64,000 nucleotides of DNA from NCBI GenBank assembly GCA_045538645.1, contig JAZSRT010000023.1, forward strand, positions 176 to 64,175. Reading direction: 5' to 3'. This DNA comes from Acutalibacteraceae bacterium (GTDB lineage: Bacteria > Bacillota > Clostridia > Oscillospirales > Acutalibacteraceae). Of the stretch, positions 63,773 to 64,000 are shown piece by piece (position 1 is the stretch's first letter; every line of letters starts with the position of its first letter). Made by a program: the position numbers and the translations under genes. The notes under the pieces were generated by a model that was not told the origin of the DNA, did not search any database, and saw only the letters and a list, made by a program, of their open reading frames with translations.

Positions 63773-64000
63773 TTATGCAAGATAGAGTGCAACTCTGTCA
63801 AGAATTCTGTTGACGTTATCAATCATAGAGATCATACCGCCCATAATTATCTTGCCTTCACCAATGCAGGCAATAGAGTTTACATTACCGTCGAAAAGGT
63901 CACGTGCAAGCTTAACACCCTGGAATTCCATAAGAGCACGGGGATTACCCATATCCTTTTTAATAGTAAGGATATGATGATCCTTAACTCTGAGAGTAGC
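63773..64000 (-). CDS. 3' end of a gene truncated by the window edge; SCP2-like C-terminus paralogous to 59727-60539
   Basis: Manual translation gives ...ATLRVKDHHILTIKKDMGNPRALMEFQGVKLARDLFDGNVNSIACIGEGKIIMGGMISMIDNVNRILDRVALYLA*. The frame is open to the window edge, and the stop lies 15 nt before the aminotransferase ATG. Confidence 0.7.
   Translation of the reverse strand, partial: ATLRVKDHHILTIKKDMGNPRALMEFQGVKLARDLFDGNVNSIACIGEGKIIMGGMISMIDNVNRILDRVALYLA

Noticed and set aside
1-64000. Search for tRNA, rRNA, tmRNA, CRISPR arrays, IS elements, integrases, phage or defence-island genes.
   Set aside because: All intergenic gaps are 275 nt or shorter and are accounted for by promoters and terminators, apart from 38702-38824. 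No direct-repeat arrays, inverted terminal repeats or transposase/recombinase-like ORFs were seen. The window looks like core chromosome with a less characterised block at 54-64 kb.

Overview
This is a 64-kb chromosomal window from a low-GC Firmicute of class Clostridia. Ruminococcus-type dockerin repeats at 37.4 kb, cotJABC, and the yabP-yabQ-divIC-yabR block suggest a spore-forming Oscillospiraceae/Ruminococcus-like organism (inference only).

I call 61 protein-coding genes, one truncated at the right edge. I found no rRNA, tRNA, CRISPR array, transposase, integrase or phage gene. All product calls rest on motifs and family signatures I recognise in the supplied translations; no database search was possible. 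Many intergenic regions carry near-consensus sigma-A promoters (TTGACA, 17 nt, TATAAT-like) and clean rho-independent terminators, which I used to correct several ORF-track start sites.

Content, left to right:
- GH130 phosphorylase, then an ECF sigma operon, then mntP.
- A BlaI/BlaR1-type pair with twin operators.
- A SCIFF ranthipeptide operon (scfA-scfB) extended by a PLP decarboxylase-family gene and a Dabb gene.
- GDPD and a GH3 beta-glucosidase, then a two-component system.
- PaaI thioesterase, followed by a CoA ligase-iorAB-aminotransferase operon.
- An esterase, rpsB-tsf, and nfeD-SPFH.
- A co-directional glpK-malic enzyme-serC-serA run ending in an uncharacterised B12-binding radical SAM gene.
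- A lone priming sugar-phosphate transferase, then cotJABC.
- A dockerin-ComEC/MBL-Ada zinc finger fusion, then a GH20 hexosaminidase.
- A deaminase-type MTA/5'-deoxyadenosine salvage trio.
- Type III glutamine synthetase, hpf, and a fumarate hydratase alpha subunit.
- yabR-divIC-yabQ-yabP, cyclophilin, an ABC importer, and a lone OadB-type subunit.
- A minus-strand block of poorly characterised genes from 54 to 64 kb.

The least explained and most interesting content:
- The SCP2-like / class III aminotransferase / split transketolase / SCP2-like cassette at 59.7-64 kb, which is cut by the window edge.
- The adjacent condensation-like acyltransferase plus zinc-ribbon membrane protein pair.
- The serA-coupled B12 radical SAM gene.
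- The dockerin-tethered MBL/Ada-finger protein.
- The promoter-then-terminator leader of glnN.
- A GC-rich palindromic island at 38.7-38.8 kb.

None of these can be proven novel from sequence alone.
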